From: a virus
Taxonomy: Duplodnaviria; Caudoviricetes
IMG/VR virus record: IMGVR_UViG_3300014205_000017
Coordinates: 6,331 to 70,330 of that record
Length of the DNA: 64,000 bases
Reading direction: 5' to 3' (one strand)
Below, one piece after another: positions 34,989 to 46,016 of this stretch (position 1 is its first letter; each line of letters opens with the position of its first letter). Made by a program: the position numbers and the translations under genes. The notes beneath the pieces were generated by a model that was not told the origin of the DNA, searched no databases, and saw only the letters and a program-made list of their open reading frames with translations.

Positions 34989-36404
34989 ATGGCTGCCACC
35001 TCCCGCAAAATTGATGACAACGGCTTCCTGTTAGTTGAAGGCTGCCCAATCACATCATTTGGCATCTTCGTATACTCTGCTGGCCAAGTAGGCTTGCCGG
35101 GCGATCCGATGCGCATGGTCAATGTGTACCGTCCAGAGTCTGCCGTAAACAATCCTGCGACCATCGCTTCATTCATGAACGTCCCCTTGATTGATGACCA
35201 TGAAATGTTGTCGGGTTTCGCGGGGGATAAGGAAAACACCGCGCCAGAGGACTATGGAGTCTCTGGCGTTCTCACTTCAAATGTATACTACGCCGCGCCA
35301 TGGATGCGAGGTGATTTGAAGGTATTCTCAAGGCAGATGCGCAATGACCTGGCACAAGGCAAAAAGGATTTGTCTCTAGGTTATGCATGTGACTATGAGG
35401 AAACGCCCGGTGTGTTCGAGGGGCAAGCTTATGAAGTTGTCCAAACCAACCTGCGCGGCAATCACATCGCCCTAGTTGCTGAAGGCCGCGTGCCGGGCGC
35501 AAGGGTATTGGATGGCCTTTGCTTTGACCATCTATGTTTCGACTTCAAATCATCCTCTAAGGAGAATACCATGACGCTCAAGGCTAAGAAAGCCATGGAC
35601 AAGGCGGCGCGTGATAGTGCCGTTGCACAACTTCAAACCCTCATCCCGCAACTCTCCACGGCCCTTGAAGGCTTTTTGGCTGAAGAGGCTGGCGAGGCCG
35701 CCCACGCAGAGCCTGAAGCCGGTGCCGTTCCTGCCGTCGCCGAGGTTGCTGCAGAGCCTGCCGTGGCCGTCGCGCCGGTAGTTGATGCCGAGGCCGGTGC
35801 AGAACCAGCCGCTGCAGCTCCTGCAACACCGGTAGAAGGCGCCGAGGCTCCAAGCGACCTCCCGGCCTTGATCAGCGCCGCTGAAGCCGCTATCGCTGCC
35901 CTGAAGGCCGCGTGTGCAACCCCTGCCGCAGATAACGAGGGCATGCCCGTTGTCGATAACGTCGAAGGACTCAACGACCAAAGTACCGTCCAAGGGGCTC
36001 AGGTCAGCACAGACGCACTCCCTGAAGAGCCGGGTGCGGCCATTGATAACGAGGAAAGTGAAATGGAAGGCAAACCAGGCTCTAAAGCGGGTGATGCTGC
36101 GCTACGCGGTTTCTACGCTGATTCTGCTGCTAAGGCTCGCATCTACGACCGGCTGTCTACAGTTGTTGGCGCCTTCGATTGCGCGGCTATGGACGCACGT
36201 CAAGTTGCTGCTTACGGGGTGAAGAAGCTGGGCATCGCTTGCGACTCCAAATTTGCTCCTGAAGCGCTGGATGCGTACCTGAGCGGCGTCGAAAAAGCCG
36301 CACGTCAAGTACGCATCACCCAGTCCAAAGCAGCAGACGCGGCAGCTGCGCCGTCCGCTGAGTCCAAAAGCCTCGACCAATACATCAACGGGAGCGCATC
36401 CTAA
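34989..36404 (+). CDS. prohead protease/scaffold (DUF2213)
   Basis: GIFVYSAGQVG, LSLGY.C, GNHIALV..GR..GARV.D; acidic Ala/Pro scaffold region. Confidence 0.85.
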   Translation: MAATSRKIDDNGFLLVEGCPITSFGIFVYSAGQVGLPGDPMRMVNVYRPESAVNNPATIASFMNVPLIDDHEMLSGFAGDKENTAPEDYGVSGVLTSNVYYAAPWMRGDLKVFSRQMRNDLAQGKKDLSLGYACDYEETPGVFEGQAYEVVQTNLRGNHIALVAEGRVPGARVLDGLCFDHLCFDFKSSSKENTMTLKAKKAMDKAARDSAVAQLQTLIPQLSTALEGFLAEEAGEAAHAEPEAGAVPAVAEVAAEPAVAVAPVVDAEAGAEPAAAAPATPVEGAEAPSDLPALISAAEAAIAALKAACATPAADNEGMPVVDNVEGLNDQSTVQGAQVSTDALPEEPGAAIDNEESEMEGKPGSKAGDAALRGFYADSAAKARIYDRLSTVVGAFDCAAMDARQVAAYGVKKLGIACDSKFAPEALDAYLSGVEKAARQVRITQSKAADAAAAPSAESKSLDQYINGSAS

Positions 36405-37024
36405 TGCCTTTTCAAACGGTAGTTAACCGCAACTTCACTGCCGGCTTTGTCGGCGACATCGCCGCAGATGGCCCTCTGCGCGCCAAAGTTGGTCGCATCA
36501 AAGCCTCCACCTTCGCAGGCGCCACTCGCGAAAAAGGCGCCGTTGTCGGTCGCGCATTCGGCTATGTCGGCACCGTGCCTGCTACTGGCACCACTCAAGC
36601 CGCCAACGTTCCTGTGGTTGAAGTCGGTGGCAAGAACTTTGCCGGCGTCCTGTTCCACCCGAAACATTACGTGCTCCAGGGCACTCAGGCCGGTGGCGCA
36701 CTCGCCCCGTCCTTGGAAGTGCCTGCTGGCACCGAAGGCGAGTTTGCCGACATGGTCATCATGTTCGCCAGCTTGATCAACTACACCACCGCTTCCCAGA
36801 CGGTATTGGCCGGTGCCCAGATCGCATATGTGCCATCTGACATCACCGCCGAGAACGACGCGCTGCTGTTGCCGATTGGCGCACTGATCACTGTGCCAGA
36901 AGGCGTCGCAATCCCTGCCGGCTATGTACTGATCAAAAATGCCAAGGTGATGAACCCCGTCACCATCGGCGCTTCTGCTGCCGGCGCACTTGTCGCGGCA
37001 ACCACCTCCATCCAATTGACGTAA
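36404..37024 (+). CDS. head decoration/cement protein
   Basis: position between scaffold and capsid genes; MPFQ..V....GFVG. Confidence 0.75.
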   Translation: MPFQTVVNRNFTAGFVGDIAADGPLRAKVGRIKASTFAGATREKGAVVGRAFGYVGTVPATGTTQAANVPVVEVGGKNFAGVLFHPKHYVLQGTQAGGALAPSLEVPAGTEGEFADMVIMFASLINYTTASQTVLAGAQIAYVPSDITAENDALLLPIGALITVPEGVAIPAGYVLIKNAKVMNPVTIGASAAGALVAATTSIQLT

Positions 37025-37036
37025 GGAGACGCCATC

Positions 37037-38194
37037 ATGAACACCAAACTGAGCCGTCTGCATTCCCGTATGAAGGCCATGGATGTCAAGGTAATGCCTG
37101 ACTCCATGCTGTCTGCCCTCACCGGTGAAGCAGTAGCAGGCCTGGCCCGTATCGGCCTGGCCTTCGATCACCGCACCGTCATGGACCAGATCAGCTATCT
37201 GGACAAGTGCGGGGCATTCCGCCCTACCAGCGCGACTGGTATGGACGCCAACTTCACCGCGCCAATCACCAGCCCTTCGATCCCTACGCCAATCCAGTTC
37301 CTCCAGACCTGGCTGCCAGGCTTCGTCAAAGTGATGACCGCCGCTCGCAAGATTGACGAAATCATCGGCATCAGCACCCTCGGCTCGTGGGAAGATGAAG
37401 AGATTGTCCAAGGCATCGTTGAGCCTTCGGGCGTTGCCGGCGAATATGGCGACTTCACCAACATCCCGGTGACCAGCTGGAACGCCAACTTTGAGCGTCG
37501 CACCGTCGTTCGCGGTGAAATGGGCCTGGCAGTCGGCATGCTTGAAGAAGCTCGCGCTGCTGCCATGCGCATGAACTCTGCCGATGTCAAGCGTCAGCAG
37601 TGCGGCGTATCGCTGGAAATCTTCCGCAACGCAGTCGGCTTCTATGGCTGGAACACTGCCGGTGGTAACCGCACTTTCGGCTTCCTGAATGATCCTTCCC
37701 TGCCAGCTGCCACCACCGCGCCGTCACTGGGCTGGGCTGCCGCCGACTTCCAAAAGATCACCGGCGACATCCGCTTCGCAGTGGTCAAGTTGCGTACGCA
37801 ATCCCAGGACCAGGTTGACCCTGAAAAGGTCAAGCTCACCCTGGCACTGCCTACCAACAAGGTTGACTTCCTGTCGGTGACCACCGACTTCGGCATCAGC
37901 GTTCGCGACTGGATCACCCAGACCTATCCGAAAATGCGCATCGTATCGGCTCCAGAGCTGAGCGGCGCAGGTGCCGGTGGTGAGGACATGCTCTATCTGT
38001 TCGCAGACAGCATCAGCGCCGACATCGACGGCTCCACTGACGGTGGCGATACCTTCACCCAACTGGTACAGACCAAGTTCCGTACCCTGGGTGTTGATAA
38101 ACGCGCCAAGTCCTACGTTGAAGACTTCTCCAACGCTACGGCAGGCACCTTGTGCAAGCGCCCTTGGGCAGTTGTGCGCATCATCGGCATCTAA
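37037..38194 (+). CDS. major capsid protein (DUF2184 type, HK97 fold)
   Basis: 385 aa, strong codon bias, GDFTNIP, GFLNDP, followed by a terminator. Confidence 0.9.
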   Translation: MNTKLSRLHSRMKAMDVKVMPDSMLSALTGEAVAGLARIGLAFDHRTVMDQISYLDKCGAFRPTSATGMDANFTAPITSPSIPTPIQFLQTWLPGFVKVMTAARKIDEIIGISTLGSWEDEEIVQGIVEPSGVAGEYGDFTNIPVTSWNANFERRTVVRGEMGLAVGMLEEARAAAMRMNSADVKRQQCGVSLEIFRNAVGFYGWNTAGGNRTFGFLNDPSLPAATTAPSLGWAAADFQKITGDIRFAVVKLRTQSQDQVDPEKVKLTLALPTNKVDFLSVTTDFGISVRDWITQTYPKMRIVSAPELSGAGAGGEDMLYLFADSISADIDGSTDGGDTFTQLVQTKFRTLGVDKRAKSYVEDFSNATAGTLCKRPWAVVRIIGI

Positions 38195-38210
38195 CAAAGA
38201 GGCCTGATCC

Positions 38211-38231
38211 AATGGGGCGTAACGCCCCATT
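38211..38231 (+). terminator. hairpin/terminator after the capsid gene
   Basis: AATGGGGCG/CGCCCCATT. Confidence 0.55.
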
Positions 38232-38293
38232 GTTCACCAAGATGTCTGTCGGCTGTAGGGGCTCGCAGGCACTAATAACTAGGACTACATACC

Positions 38294-38728
38294 ATGAGCA
38301 AATATATCCTCTCCACCATGACCTTCTCGGTCAATTATTCCTTCTTTCGCCACGTCGGCAACCTGCCGATTGAGACTGCGAAAGTTACCATCCACGGCGG
38401 TGCGTCGATCCCTTCGGCAGTATCCGGTCGCGGCGAAATGATTCAAGATGGCGAAGGCCGTCCGCTTTGGATTGCAAATGGCGTACTGACGCCCATCAGC
38501 GATGCTGATTATGACCGCCTCAAGGATCACCCAATCTTTGTGAAGCATCAGGCCAAAGGGCTTGTCAAGGTGCTGGATCAGGACATCCGCGACAACAACA
38601 AGGCAATTGTCAAGCACACCATGAACATGGAGCCTGATGGCTTCCGCCAGCTGAACCACAAAACGCTGGGGATGAACATCAAGGTGACGACTGCCACAGT
38701 CAAAGCCGCCGACGAATTCCGCCTGTAA
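38294..38728 (+). CDS. virion morphogenesis protein (unknown)
   Basis: 144 aa between the capsid and adaptor genes. Confidence 0.75.
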   Translation: MSKYILSTMTFSVNYSFFRHVGNLPIETAKVTIHGGASIPSAVSGRGEMIQDGEGRPLWIANGVLTPISDADYDRLKDHPIFVKHQAKGLVKVLDQDIRDNNKAIVKHTMNMEPDGFRQLNHKTLGMNIKVTTATVKAADEFRL

Positions 38729-38736
38729 AGGATTGC

Positions 38737-39204
38737 GTGATGACAGTTTATAATGATGCACTTTTCCGCCAGCAATTCCCAGAATTCGCTGATGTGGCGA
38801 AGTATCCTGAGGTGCGCCTCAGCATGTACTGGACTGTTGCGACCATGTTTGTTTGCTCAGACAGCTCGCCTTACAACGTGCTCAATGGCCAGAGGCTGGT
38901 CGTCATTCTGAACTACGTCGTCGCGCACCTTCTCACAATCGGACAGCAGGCAGAGGACGCATCCAAACAGGGCGCGGCTGCAGGCTCTACAATGGGCGGG
39001 TTCACTACCGGGGCGACCATCGGCGAAGTCACCGTGTCTAAGATGGCCCCTCCTGCTGCGGACGGCTGGCAATGGTGGCTATCCAGCACACCCTATGGGC
39101 AAGCGCTGTGGGCCATGCTAGAAGTGTTAGCGGTGGGCGGAATGAGCATCGGCGGACTTCCTGAGCGTGAAGCATTCCGCAAAGTTGGCGGGGTGTTCTG
39201 GTGA
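38737..39204 (+). CDS. head-tail adaptor (DUF4054)
   Basis: FRQQFPEF...HLL...T.GEV.VS...W..STPYG. Confidence 0.85.
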   Translation: MMTVYNDALFRQQFPEFADVAKYPEVRLSMYWTVATMFVCSDSSPYNVLNGQRLVVILNYVVAHLLTIGQQAEDASKQGAAAGSTMGGFTTGATIGEVTVSKMAPPAADGWQWWLSSTPYGQALWAMLEVLAVGGMSIGGLPEREAFRKVGGVFW

Positions 39205-39620
39205 TTCCCGGCATCAACCTCCTAAACATCGCGGCTGGCGTTATTGGACAGCAAACCATCCAGTATCGAAAGTTCCTCAGCCGCGCACTGGATGATCAGG
39301 GCATCTGGGTTTCGGCGTTTGGTGAATACTTCCCTCTGCGATCTTCAGTCCAGAGGGTGAAGAGAACGCAATACATCCAGTTCAACCTGGAGTTCCAACG
39401 CAATTATGTCCAGGTGTTCGCGCCATTTGATATGATCGACTTGGACCGTGACACGTCCGGCGATCAGTTTGGATACAACGGCCGGCTGTACCAGCTTGAG
39501 TCGCAAGGCACGTGGTTTGCACAAGATGGCTGGGCGTCTTGCCTGGCAGTTGACATCGGCCCGTTCGTACCTCCTGTGTCAGCGCCTCCAGTAGAAGTTC
39601 CGGGTGACTTAGATGCTTGA
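39201..39620 (+). CDS. head-closure/neck protein
   Basis: position; MIPG.NLL...SVQ...GD.F.YNGR.Y. Confidence 0.7.
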   Translation: MIPGINLLNIAAGVIGQQTIQYRKFLSRALDDQGIWVSAFGEYFPLRSSVQRVKRTQYIQFNLEFQRNYVQVFAPFDMIDLDRDTSGDQFGYNGRLYQLESQGTWFAQDGWASCLAVDIGPFVPPVSAPPVEVPGDLDA

Positions 39621-40152
39621 CTCACAACTAATACGAATCCTGAGGGCTGAAATTGAGGCTGGCGCCGTCGCCAGCTTTCCTTCACTTGCTGGTACGCCAG
39701 TCATCCAGAAGGCTCAGCCGACCCAGCAAGGCTCATCATCTGGCCCTTCCCTATATCTGGAGAAGATTGATGACGCACCACGCCACTGGCCTATGTCCAA
39801 ATTCGGCCTGGTAGATGGCGTGTTCACTGAAGAGGTTACGCAGCTGTACGAATCCGTATACCAGATCAGCTCGCTGTTCTTGCAGCTGGTTGGCGCGCCA
39901 ATCGTGATCACAGCATCTGACTTGGCCAATCAAGTGATGATGTGGTTCTTGCTCCCTTCTACAATTGCGCGCTTGCGTAAGCAGAACATCGGCATCTTGA
40001 GAGTCACCAAAGTTCGCAATGAAAAGTTTGAGGATGACGAGCACAAGTTTGAGGCACACCCAAGCTTCGACTTGACCATCACCAATGACCGAACACTGTC
40101 CGTGACCACTCCAAAGGTCACCACCATCGACGGCACCATCCACTCGGTATAA
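39613..40152 (+). CDS. tail terminator/neck protein
   Basis: position; P.FDLTI C-terminus. Confidence 0.65.
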   Translation: MLDSQLIRILRAEIEAGAVASFPSLAGTPVIQKAQPTQQGSSSGPSLYLEKIDDAPRHWPMSKFGLVDGVFTEEVTQLYESVYQISSLFLQLVGAPIVITASDLANQVMMWFLLPSTIARLRKQNIGILRVTKVRNEKFEDDEHKFEAHPSFDLTITNDRTLSVTTPKVTTIDGTIHSV

Positions 40153-40155
40153 GCC

Positions 40156-40740
40156 ATGGCCGGTTCGCAGATGATCAATCGCCACATCGCCGCGCTCAAG
40201 AAGCTGCGTCCTGGCGCAGTCGCAGAGGCTGGCTGGTTTGAGTCTGCTAGATACCCAGCCACCAGTGGTCAGTCCGTAGGTATCCAAGTGGCACGAGTAG
40301 CCCGCATGAATGAATATGGCGGGGTTATCGACCATCCAGGCGGAACAAAGTATATTACCGATGCAGCGGTTGGCGGTAAAAACGCCCGCATGCTTGGCAC
40401 TCGATTCGTCAAAAACAGTTTCCAGGGCGCGCACAAAGTTACAGCAGCCCACAAAATTACCATACCATCCAGACCATTCATGAGGTTGGCCTGGAGCAGG
40501 TTTAGTGCTGACCGAAAGACGATCCAGAAAAGGATAGCAAAGGATCTGGTCAGTGGCAAGATAACCCCTGATAAAGCATTAGGGCAAATTGCTCTTATTC
40601 TTGAAGGCTACATAGCCAAGAGTATAAAGAATGGTAACTGGGAGCCCAACGCCAGATCGACAGTCGCGGCCAAGGGGTTTGATAAGCCGCTCATCCATTC
40701 ATCGCACATGCTCCAGTCCTTGAGCAGCCGAGTAATTTAA
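40156..40740 (+). CDS. tail completion/virion morphogenesis protein
   Basis: NEYG...IPSRPFMR...[15 protein letters not shown]. Confidence 0.75.
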   Translation: MAGSQMINRHIAALKKLRPGAVAEAGWFESARYPATSGQSVGIQVARVARMNEYGGVIDHPGGTKYITDAAVGGKNARMLGTRFVKNSFQGAHKVTAAHKITIPSRPFMRLAWSRFSADRKTIQKRIAKDLVSGKITPDKALGQIALILEGYIAKSIKNGNWEPNARSTVAAKGFDKPLIHSSHMLQSLSSRVI

Positions 40741-40754
40741 CAGGAGTCACAACA

Positions 40755-42275
40755 GTGATCAGTCAAAGTCGTTACATCAAGATTGTATCTGGCGTTGGCG
40801 CGGGAACTGCCATAGCAGAGCGCAAGCTCATCATGCGGGCAATCACGCGCAATACCAAAGTGCCGCCTGGCGTCGTTATTGAGTTCAGCAGCGCTGATGC
40901 TGCCAGCTCATTCTTTGGCGCGCAGTCTGAAGAAGCGAAGCGTGCTCAGGCATACTTCTCGTTCATCAGCAAGTCGATCACGTCGCCTCCAACCATCAGT
41001 TTCGCTCGCTGGGTAGATGCGCCAATTGCGCCGATGGTGGTTGGTGATGCGCTGCCAAAGAGCCTTGCTCAACTCACAGCCGTCGCCGATGGCACGCTGT
41101 CCATCATCGTCGGATCGACCACGGTACAGATCACCGGCATCAACCTCGCAGCCGCTACCGATTTGACCGCAGCCGCAGCCCTGGTTCAGACTGCCATCCG
41201 AACGTCTGTTGACGCACAGCTGGTTACTGCCACCGTCACCTTCGACACCAACACCAGCCAGTTCGTTTTGGCAGGCTCCACGCCAGGCTCTGGCTCATTG
41301 TCCGTAGTCGCCACTGGCGCGAGCACTGATCTAGCCATCCTGTTGGGCTGGGCCACGGGCGGCACCGTCCTGGTCGCCGGTCAGGCTGCTGATACTCCAG
41401 ACGTGGCCTTCATCAAGAGCACGTCTGTCAGCAACAACTTCGGCTCTTTCATCTTCACCACCGGCGCGGCCATCCTGACCAACGCTGAGATTGCCGCAGT
41501 CGCAGCCGCGAACCATGCGCAGAACAACCTGTACATCTTCAGCGTGGCAACTGTGCCGTCCAACCTCGCGGCCCTGTTCGAACTCGTCAAGGGTTTCAGC
41601 GGTTGCGCCCTCAACATTCTGTCTGCCACTGCTGCGAATGATTTTGTCGAGCAGTCTCCTTGTGAGATCACTGCAGCGATCAACTACAATGCTGTGAACG
41701 CATCGCAGAACTACATGTTCTACCAGTTCCCAAATCGCAATATCTCCGTGAGTGACGACCAGACGGCAGACTCCATGGACAAGAGCCGTGGCAACTATGT
41801 GGGCGTCACCCAAGTGGCAGGCCAACAACTCGCCTTCTACCAGCGCGGAATCCTCTGTGGCGGTGGTACTGCTGCCGTTGACATGAACGTGTACGCCAAC
41901 GAAATGTGGCTCAAGTCGGCCATCGTGTCGAACATTCTGAGCCTGTGCGTCAACGTGCCGGATGTCCCGGCCAACCCGCTTGGCGCGGCCATGGTCCTGG
42001 CCGTCCTGCAGCCGATCCTGACGCTTGCCGGTGACAACGGTACATTCTCCCCAGGCAAGCCTATCAGCGCCGTGCAGCAGGTGTTCATCACGCAGTCTAG
42101 CGGTGACAAGAACGCTTGGCGTCAGGTGTTCTCTCTTGGCTACTGGATCAACGTCACATTCTCCAGCTATGTGAACGAAAACACCGGCCTGACCGAGTGG
42201 AAGGCTAGCTACAAGTTGATCTACTCCAAAGGCGATTCCATCCGCTTTGTCGATGGCAACAACATCCTGATCTAA
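40755..42275 (+). CDS. contractile tail sheath (DUF3383)
   Basis: 506 aa; N-terminal SRYI.I.SGV, C-terminal YSKGD.IRFV.G. Confidence 0.9.
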   Translation: MISQSRYIKIVSGVGAGTAIAERKLIMRAITRNTKVPPGVVIEFSSADAASSFFGAQSEEAKRAQAYFSFISKSITSPPTISFARWVDAPIAPMVVGDALPKSLAQLTAVADGTLSIIVGSTTVQITGINLAAATDLTAAAALVQTAIRTSVDAQLVTATVTFDTNTSQFVLAGSTPGSGSLSVVATGASTDLAILLGWATGGTVLVAGQAADTPDVAFIKSTSVSNNFGSFIFTTGAAILTNAEIAAVAAANHAQNNLYIFSVATVPSNLAALFELVKGFSGCALNILSATAANDFVEQSPCEITAAINYNAVNASQNYMFYQFPNRNISVSDDQTADSMDKSRGNYVGVTQVAGQQLAFYQRGILCGGGTAAVDMNVYANEMWLKSAIVSNILSLCVNVPDVPANPLGAAMVLAVLQPILTLAGDNGTFSPGKPISAVQQVFITQSSGDKNAWRQVFSLGYWINVTFSSYVNENTGLTEWKASYKLIYSKGDSIRFVDGNNILI

Positions 42276-42284
42276 CTTACTTGG

Positions 42285-42317
42285 CTAGTGCGACTGGTAA
42301 TAGGACCGTCGCACTAG
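42285..42317. other. 10-bp inverted repeat between sheath and tube (possible RNA processing site)
   Basis: CTAGTGCGAC/GTCGCACTAG, no U-tract. Confidence 0.5.
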
Positions 42318-42349
42318 TTCGGTTATAATCATCGCAACAGGAGATAGAC

Positions 42350-42814
42350 ATGATCAATATTGCAGGTTTCGGCTACTCGGCACTAATCACGGCCAGTAAC
42401 ACCTTCCCCAACGGCTTTGCCCTCGTGGACTTCGCTGATGACGGCGACCCACTGGACAGTCCAGAGCTGCCAGTTGCGGAGACTGGGTTTGGTTTGAACG
42501 GTGACATGCTCGTGTGGACTCATCCACAGGGCGTGGAAATCACCTTCATGGTCATCCCGACTAGTGAGGGTGACATCAACCTGGACACTTTGCTCGATGC
42601 CAACCGCGTCGGCAAAGGCAAGACTAGCGCACGCGACAAGATCAACATCGTCCACACGTACCCGAACGGCGATGTTGCCACTTGCACCAACGGAGTGATC
42701 CTCAGCGGCAACATGCTTCCTGGCATCTCAGGCGCAGGCCGTCTCAAGTCGCGGCCTTACAAGTTCCGTTTTGAGCGCATCACCAAATCCCGCGCCGCGC
42801 CACAAGTCGCATAA
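42350..42814 (+). CDS. tail tube protein
   Basis: follows the sheath; FADD.DP...GLNGDM...Y.F.FE. Confidence 0.85.
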   Translation: MINIAGFGYSALITASNTFPNGFALVDFADDGDPLDSPELPVAETGFGLNGDMLVWTHPQGVEITFMVIPTSEGDINLDTLLDANRVGKGKTSARDKINIVHTYPNGDVATCTNGVILSGNMLPGISGAGRLKSRPYKFRFERITKSRAAPQVA

Positions 42815-42816
42815 CC

Positions 42817-43146
42817 ATGAATAAAATCCCGCTATCCACTTTGCCCAATCAAGAATTAGCCTTCAACCTGGATGGTGCCTATTGGCGCCTGCACATATAT
42901 CAAGCTGTAAGCCTGATGTATGTCGACATATCAAGGAATGGCGAGAAGTTGATTGATGGGGTAAGGTGTTTTGGCGGGGTTGGCCTTCTGCCATACAAGC
43001 ATCTTTACCTTCCGAACTTCGGGAACTTTATTTTTGATAGTGATGCTGACTATACAAACTTTGGCAATACGTGCCAACTTTATTATTTGAATCTCGCAGA
43101 ATATAAATCCTTCTTGTCGATGGAACAACTGGACTTCAAGTCATGA
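42817..43146 (+). CDS. baseplate-associated small protein
   Basis: IPL..LPNQ.L...LDG...L.Y pattern. Confidence 0.65.
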   Translation: MNKIPLSTLPNQELAFNLDGAYWRLHIYQAVSLMYVDISRNGEKLIDGVRCFGGVGLLPYKHLYLPNFGNFIFDSDADYTNFGNTCQLYYLNLAEYKSFLSMEQLDFKS

Positions 43147-43496
43147 GCACGACAACTGTCAAAGTTAATGAGCTCAATGATCTGGCCATTGATGAGTTCG
43201 GAAATCTGATCATCATCGAGGATGTTGCGGCCGTAGCACAAGATGTTAGGCTGAACACTCTGATGCGCACTGGAGAGGACATATTTGACGTCCAGGCAGG
43301 CGTTGATTATTTCCAGTACATATTCACACCGCAGCAAGACTATGATGAGGCCCGACGTTCGCTGTCATCGGCCATACTGGCGTCCCCATCAGTACTAAGC
43401 ATTGACCAGTTGAGCATCACCCTCGATGCTGAAACGTTCAACTTTACAGCCCAGATCAATACGGTCTTTGGCCAACTTACAGTGAGGAATACATGA
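43143..43496 (+). CDS. baseplate wedge/sheath initiator (gp25-like)
   Basis: Q......GE..F....G.DY...I...F.A.I.T.FG. Confidence 0.75.
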   Translation: MSTTTVKVNELNDLAIDEFGNLIIIEDVAAVAQDVRLNTLMRTGEDIFDVQAGVDYFQYIFTPQQDYDEARRSLSSAILASPSVLSIDQLSITLDAETFNFTAQINTVFGQLTVRNT

Positions 43497-43936
43497 GCAC
43501 TCCAACCATCTTCACCCAATACCACGGCGGCGTCTTGATCTCATCCTCTGAGCCTACCAGCCATCTTCCCAAACCTCTCACATCGTTCACGCCCGCGCCA
43601 GAGGTGCAAAGCGACTCCATCGTGGTCGTCGATGCATCCCAATCCGGCACGCCTAGCCTGATGCAGCCGCCTGCCGGCGCTGAGGACACTACTACCACCG
43701 GCGATGATGGCGCGGCTGTAGTAGATCCAGCGAACCACGCCGCCGTCGATGTCGACAAGTCCGCTGGCGCTACCGGTGATGACGGCGCCTCCACCGGTAG
43801 CGAGTCGAACTCCGCCCCGGCCTCTGCAGACACCTCTGCAGCTGCGAAGGTGGCCGAGCCGACCGCTACCACTGACAAGCCTGCTGCCACTACCCCAGCG
43901 GCTGCAGAAGCCGTCAAGACCACCACCAAGAAGTAA
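43493..43936 (+). CDS. low-complexity Ala/Thr/Asp-rich protein
   Basis: 147 aa, coupled within the tail operon. Confidence 0.6.
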   Translation: MSTPTIFTQYHGGVLISSSEPTSHLPKPLTSFTPAPEVQSDSIVVVDASQSGTPSLMQPPAGAEDTTTTGDDGAAVVDPANHAAVDVDKSAGATGDDGASTGSESNSAPASADTSAAAKVAEPTATTDKPAATTPAAAEAVKTTTKK

Positions 43937-43945
43937 GGCGCTCAA

Positions 43946-44443
43946 ATGATCGACATCAGCGGTTTTGGTACAGGCATTGTGATCGTGGCTCTTCAGTCAT
44001 TCCCGACTGGATTCTCACTTTCTAAATTTGCTGATGATGTCGATCCTTTGACATCCAGGGAGATTGAGCCCATCGGATTTGACATGCTATTTGATGGGGA
44101 TATTGTAACATACGACAAAGCAGCGCCTGTTGAAGTGACTGTTTCAGTCATACCAGGCAGTGATGATGACATCAACCTGAAGATTCTTCTGCAAAACAAA
44201 AAGAGTGCATTTTCCATACTGCCACTCCCAGACATCACAACCATGGTCGTCACCTATCCAGATGGCGGTCGTGTAATACTCACCAAGGGCAACATCACCA
44301 AAGGCCCTGTGGTGGACAGCATATCAGCAAATGGACGTCGCAACTCGAACACCTTCACCTTTATGTTCGGCGCGTTCGCAGGTGCGCAGTCGGCCAAACA
44401 GATCTTCACCGGCCTTCTCCAAGGCGCACGGGAGCTTTTCTGA
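43946..44443 (+). CDS. tail tube paralog (tube initiator)
   Basis: MIDISGFG...FADDVDP parallels the tube gene at 42350. Confidence 0.8.
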   Translation: MIDISGFGTGIVIVALQSFPTGFSLSKFADDVDPLTSREIEPIGFDMLFDGDIVTYDKAAPVEVTVSVIPGSDDDINLKILLQNKKSAFSILPLPDITTMVVTYPDGGRVILTKGNITKGPVVDSISANGRRNSNTFTFMFGAFAGAQSAKQIFTGLLQGARELF

Positions 44444-44979
44444 TGGCTGGCAATATCCTTACAGCACTATTCTCCAAAGCATCCTTGACCATACTGAACC
44501 AGACTCGCGGCATGGTAGTGGCCAAGGGGCTGAAAGTTGTAAAGGGCACCATCAGGCTGAGCTCAGAATCCTTCGGACACTCGCTGGAGGATGGCACTGT
44601 AAAGGTGGACTCAAGAATCATAAAGCCATCAAAAGTTGTATTCGATGTGATATGCCCAGATCTGGAGACGGTCGCACAGGTCAATGACTTACTGCTTGAT
44701 CGCCAGTCCCTGTACCAAATAACGTCTCGCGGCATCATCATGGCCAACTTGCAGGTGAATACTGAAACGCTTCGGCAATCGGCTGAGATGACGGTTGCCA
44801 CCCCAATCAGAATATCCTTCCAGCAGATTCTGATCCAGAATGTAAGCCCGATAGTTTTTGCAAACTCATCAAACTCCACGCTGATCGACCGTGGCATTTC
44901 AGCAGTCAACAACGCAACTTCAACCGTCAAAGATTTGTTCGACAAGACATCTGGCAGAATCACAACCTTTCTGAGTTAA
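44443..44979 (+). CDS. baseplate hub/Dit-like protein
   Basis: H.LEDG...DSRII.P...L...ITSRG pattern. Confidence 0.65.
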   Translation: MAGNILTALFSKASLTILNQTRGMVVAKGLKVVKGTIRLSSESFGHSLEDGTVKVDSRIIKPSKVVFDVICPDLETVAQVNDLLLDRQSLYQITSRGIIMANLQVNTETLRQSAEMTVATPIRISFQQILIQNVSPIVFANSSNSTLIDRGISAVNNATSTVKDLFDKTSGRITTFLS

Positions 44980-44983
44980 TAAA

Positions 44984-45589
44984 ATGGCAGAGTCAATACT
45001 ATCCAGCATATCATCTTTGCTTGGCAATACCAAGTTTACCATCAAAGATGAGTTCGGATATGCGTACTGGCGCGATCTGAAAATAGTATCAGTCGAGATT
45101 ATGGGCGATGCCGCGACTGCTGAGAATCCTCTTGCCACCAATGAGCTGTCGGATGACGCCACATATGTCAACCTGCTTGATATTGACATATCGAATGGCA
45201 AGATCATACGTCCTGTGAAGTTGAAGTTGAAGGCCATATGCAACAATTTGGCGACGATAGAGGGCATCATGTTGGCCTTCGCTCAGACAATCAACATGTA
45301 CGATATCACATCCAGGAAAATCAGCGCCGACGCCATGATGATGAAGGATGTGGAGATATTGCAGACGTCTGATATGATATCGGCAGTAACAATCGTCATC
45401 GAGTGGGAGCAAGCAGAACCTCCAGTTTACAATGCATTCGATCCAGACAACCCGTCCAATGACAAGACTTATGGACTTAGGATTCAAACACCTCCTAATG
45501 TGCCACTGACGCTCTCTGGCATAGGCAGCAACATAGTATCATCCGCCGAATCCCTATATAATAAAGTCTCTAAAGCAATTGGTGGATAA
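44984..45589 (+). CDS. second Dit-like baseplate protein
   Basis: parallel motifs to the 44443 ORF (I.P...ITSR.I). Confidence 0.6.
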   Translation: MAESILSSISSLLGNTKFTIKDEFGYAYWRDLKIVSVEIMGDAATAENPLATNELSDDATYVNLLDIDISNGKIIRPVKLKLKAICNNLATIEGIMLAFAQTINMYDITSRKISADAMMMKDVEILQTSDMISAVTIVIEWEQAEPPVYNAFDPDNPSNDKTYGLRIQTPPNVPLTLSGIGSNIVSSAESLYNKVSKAIGG

Positions 45590-46010
45590 CATGATTGAGC
45601 TCATCAACTCCCAGGGCGTCGCAAAACGAGTCATCATTGACCGATTCGATGCCCTTGACGGCTGGGATATCCAAAGCCGTTTCCGTGACTTCGCGGCCAG
45701 CACCGACCGGGCCTTCAAGCGCGCCTATACGATGGAAATTCTTTCCTACGCCACTGTCGAGTTCAACGGCATGAAGTTGCCGCTGTCGACAAGCGCTCTG
45801 ATCGACAACCACCTGGAAACTTGGAGCAACATCGAGTTGGTGTTCAATGCCATCCTTCGCGACAACGGCATTGACCCTGACACTCACGCCGACAAGCCTG
45901 CCTACTGGGAGAATGCCGGGGCGGAAATGGCCATATCATTCATCGCAGAGGCAGCAAAGTTGATGGGGCCTGCCATTCAAATGGCAAGTGCAGCGCAACT
46001 CCAGGAGTAA
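45579..46010 (+). CDS. tail assembly chaperone
   Basis: immediately upstream of the tape measure; LIDNH..W. Confidence 0.6.
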   Translation: MVDNMIELINSQGVAKRVIIDRFDALDGWDIQSRFRDFAASTDRAFKRAYTMEILSYATVEFNGMKLPLSTSALIDNHLETWSNIELVFNAILRDNGIDPDTHADKPAYWENAGAEMAISFIAEAAKLMGPAIQMASAAQLQE

Positions 46011-46016
46011 CTTGCC

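Noticed and set aside
34738-35049. Short ORFs across repeat copy B
   Set aside because: No RBS, AT-rich, overlap the conserved non-coding blocks.
36401-38230. Long minus-strand ORFs opposite the decoration and capsid genes
   Set aside because: Shadow ORFs of highly biased structural genes.
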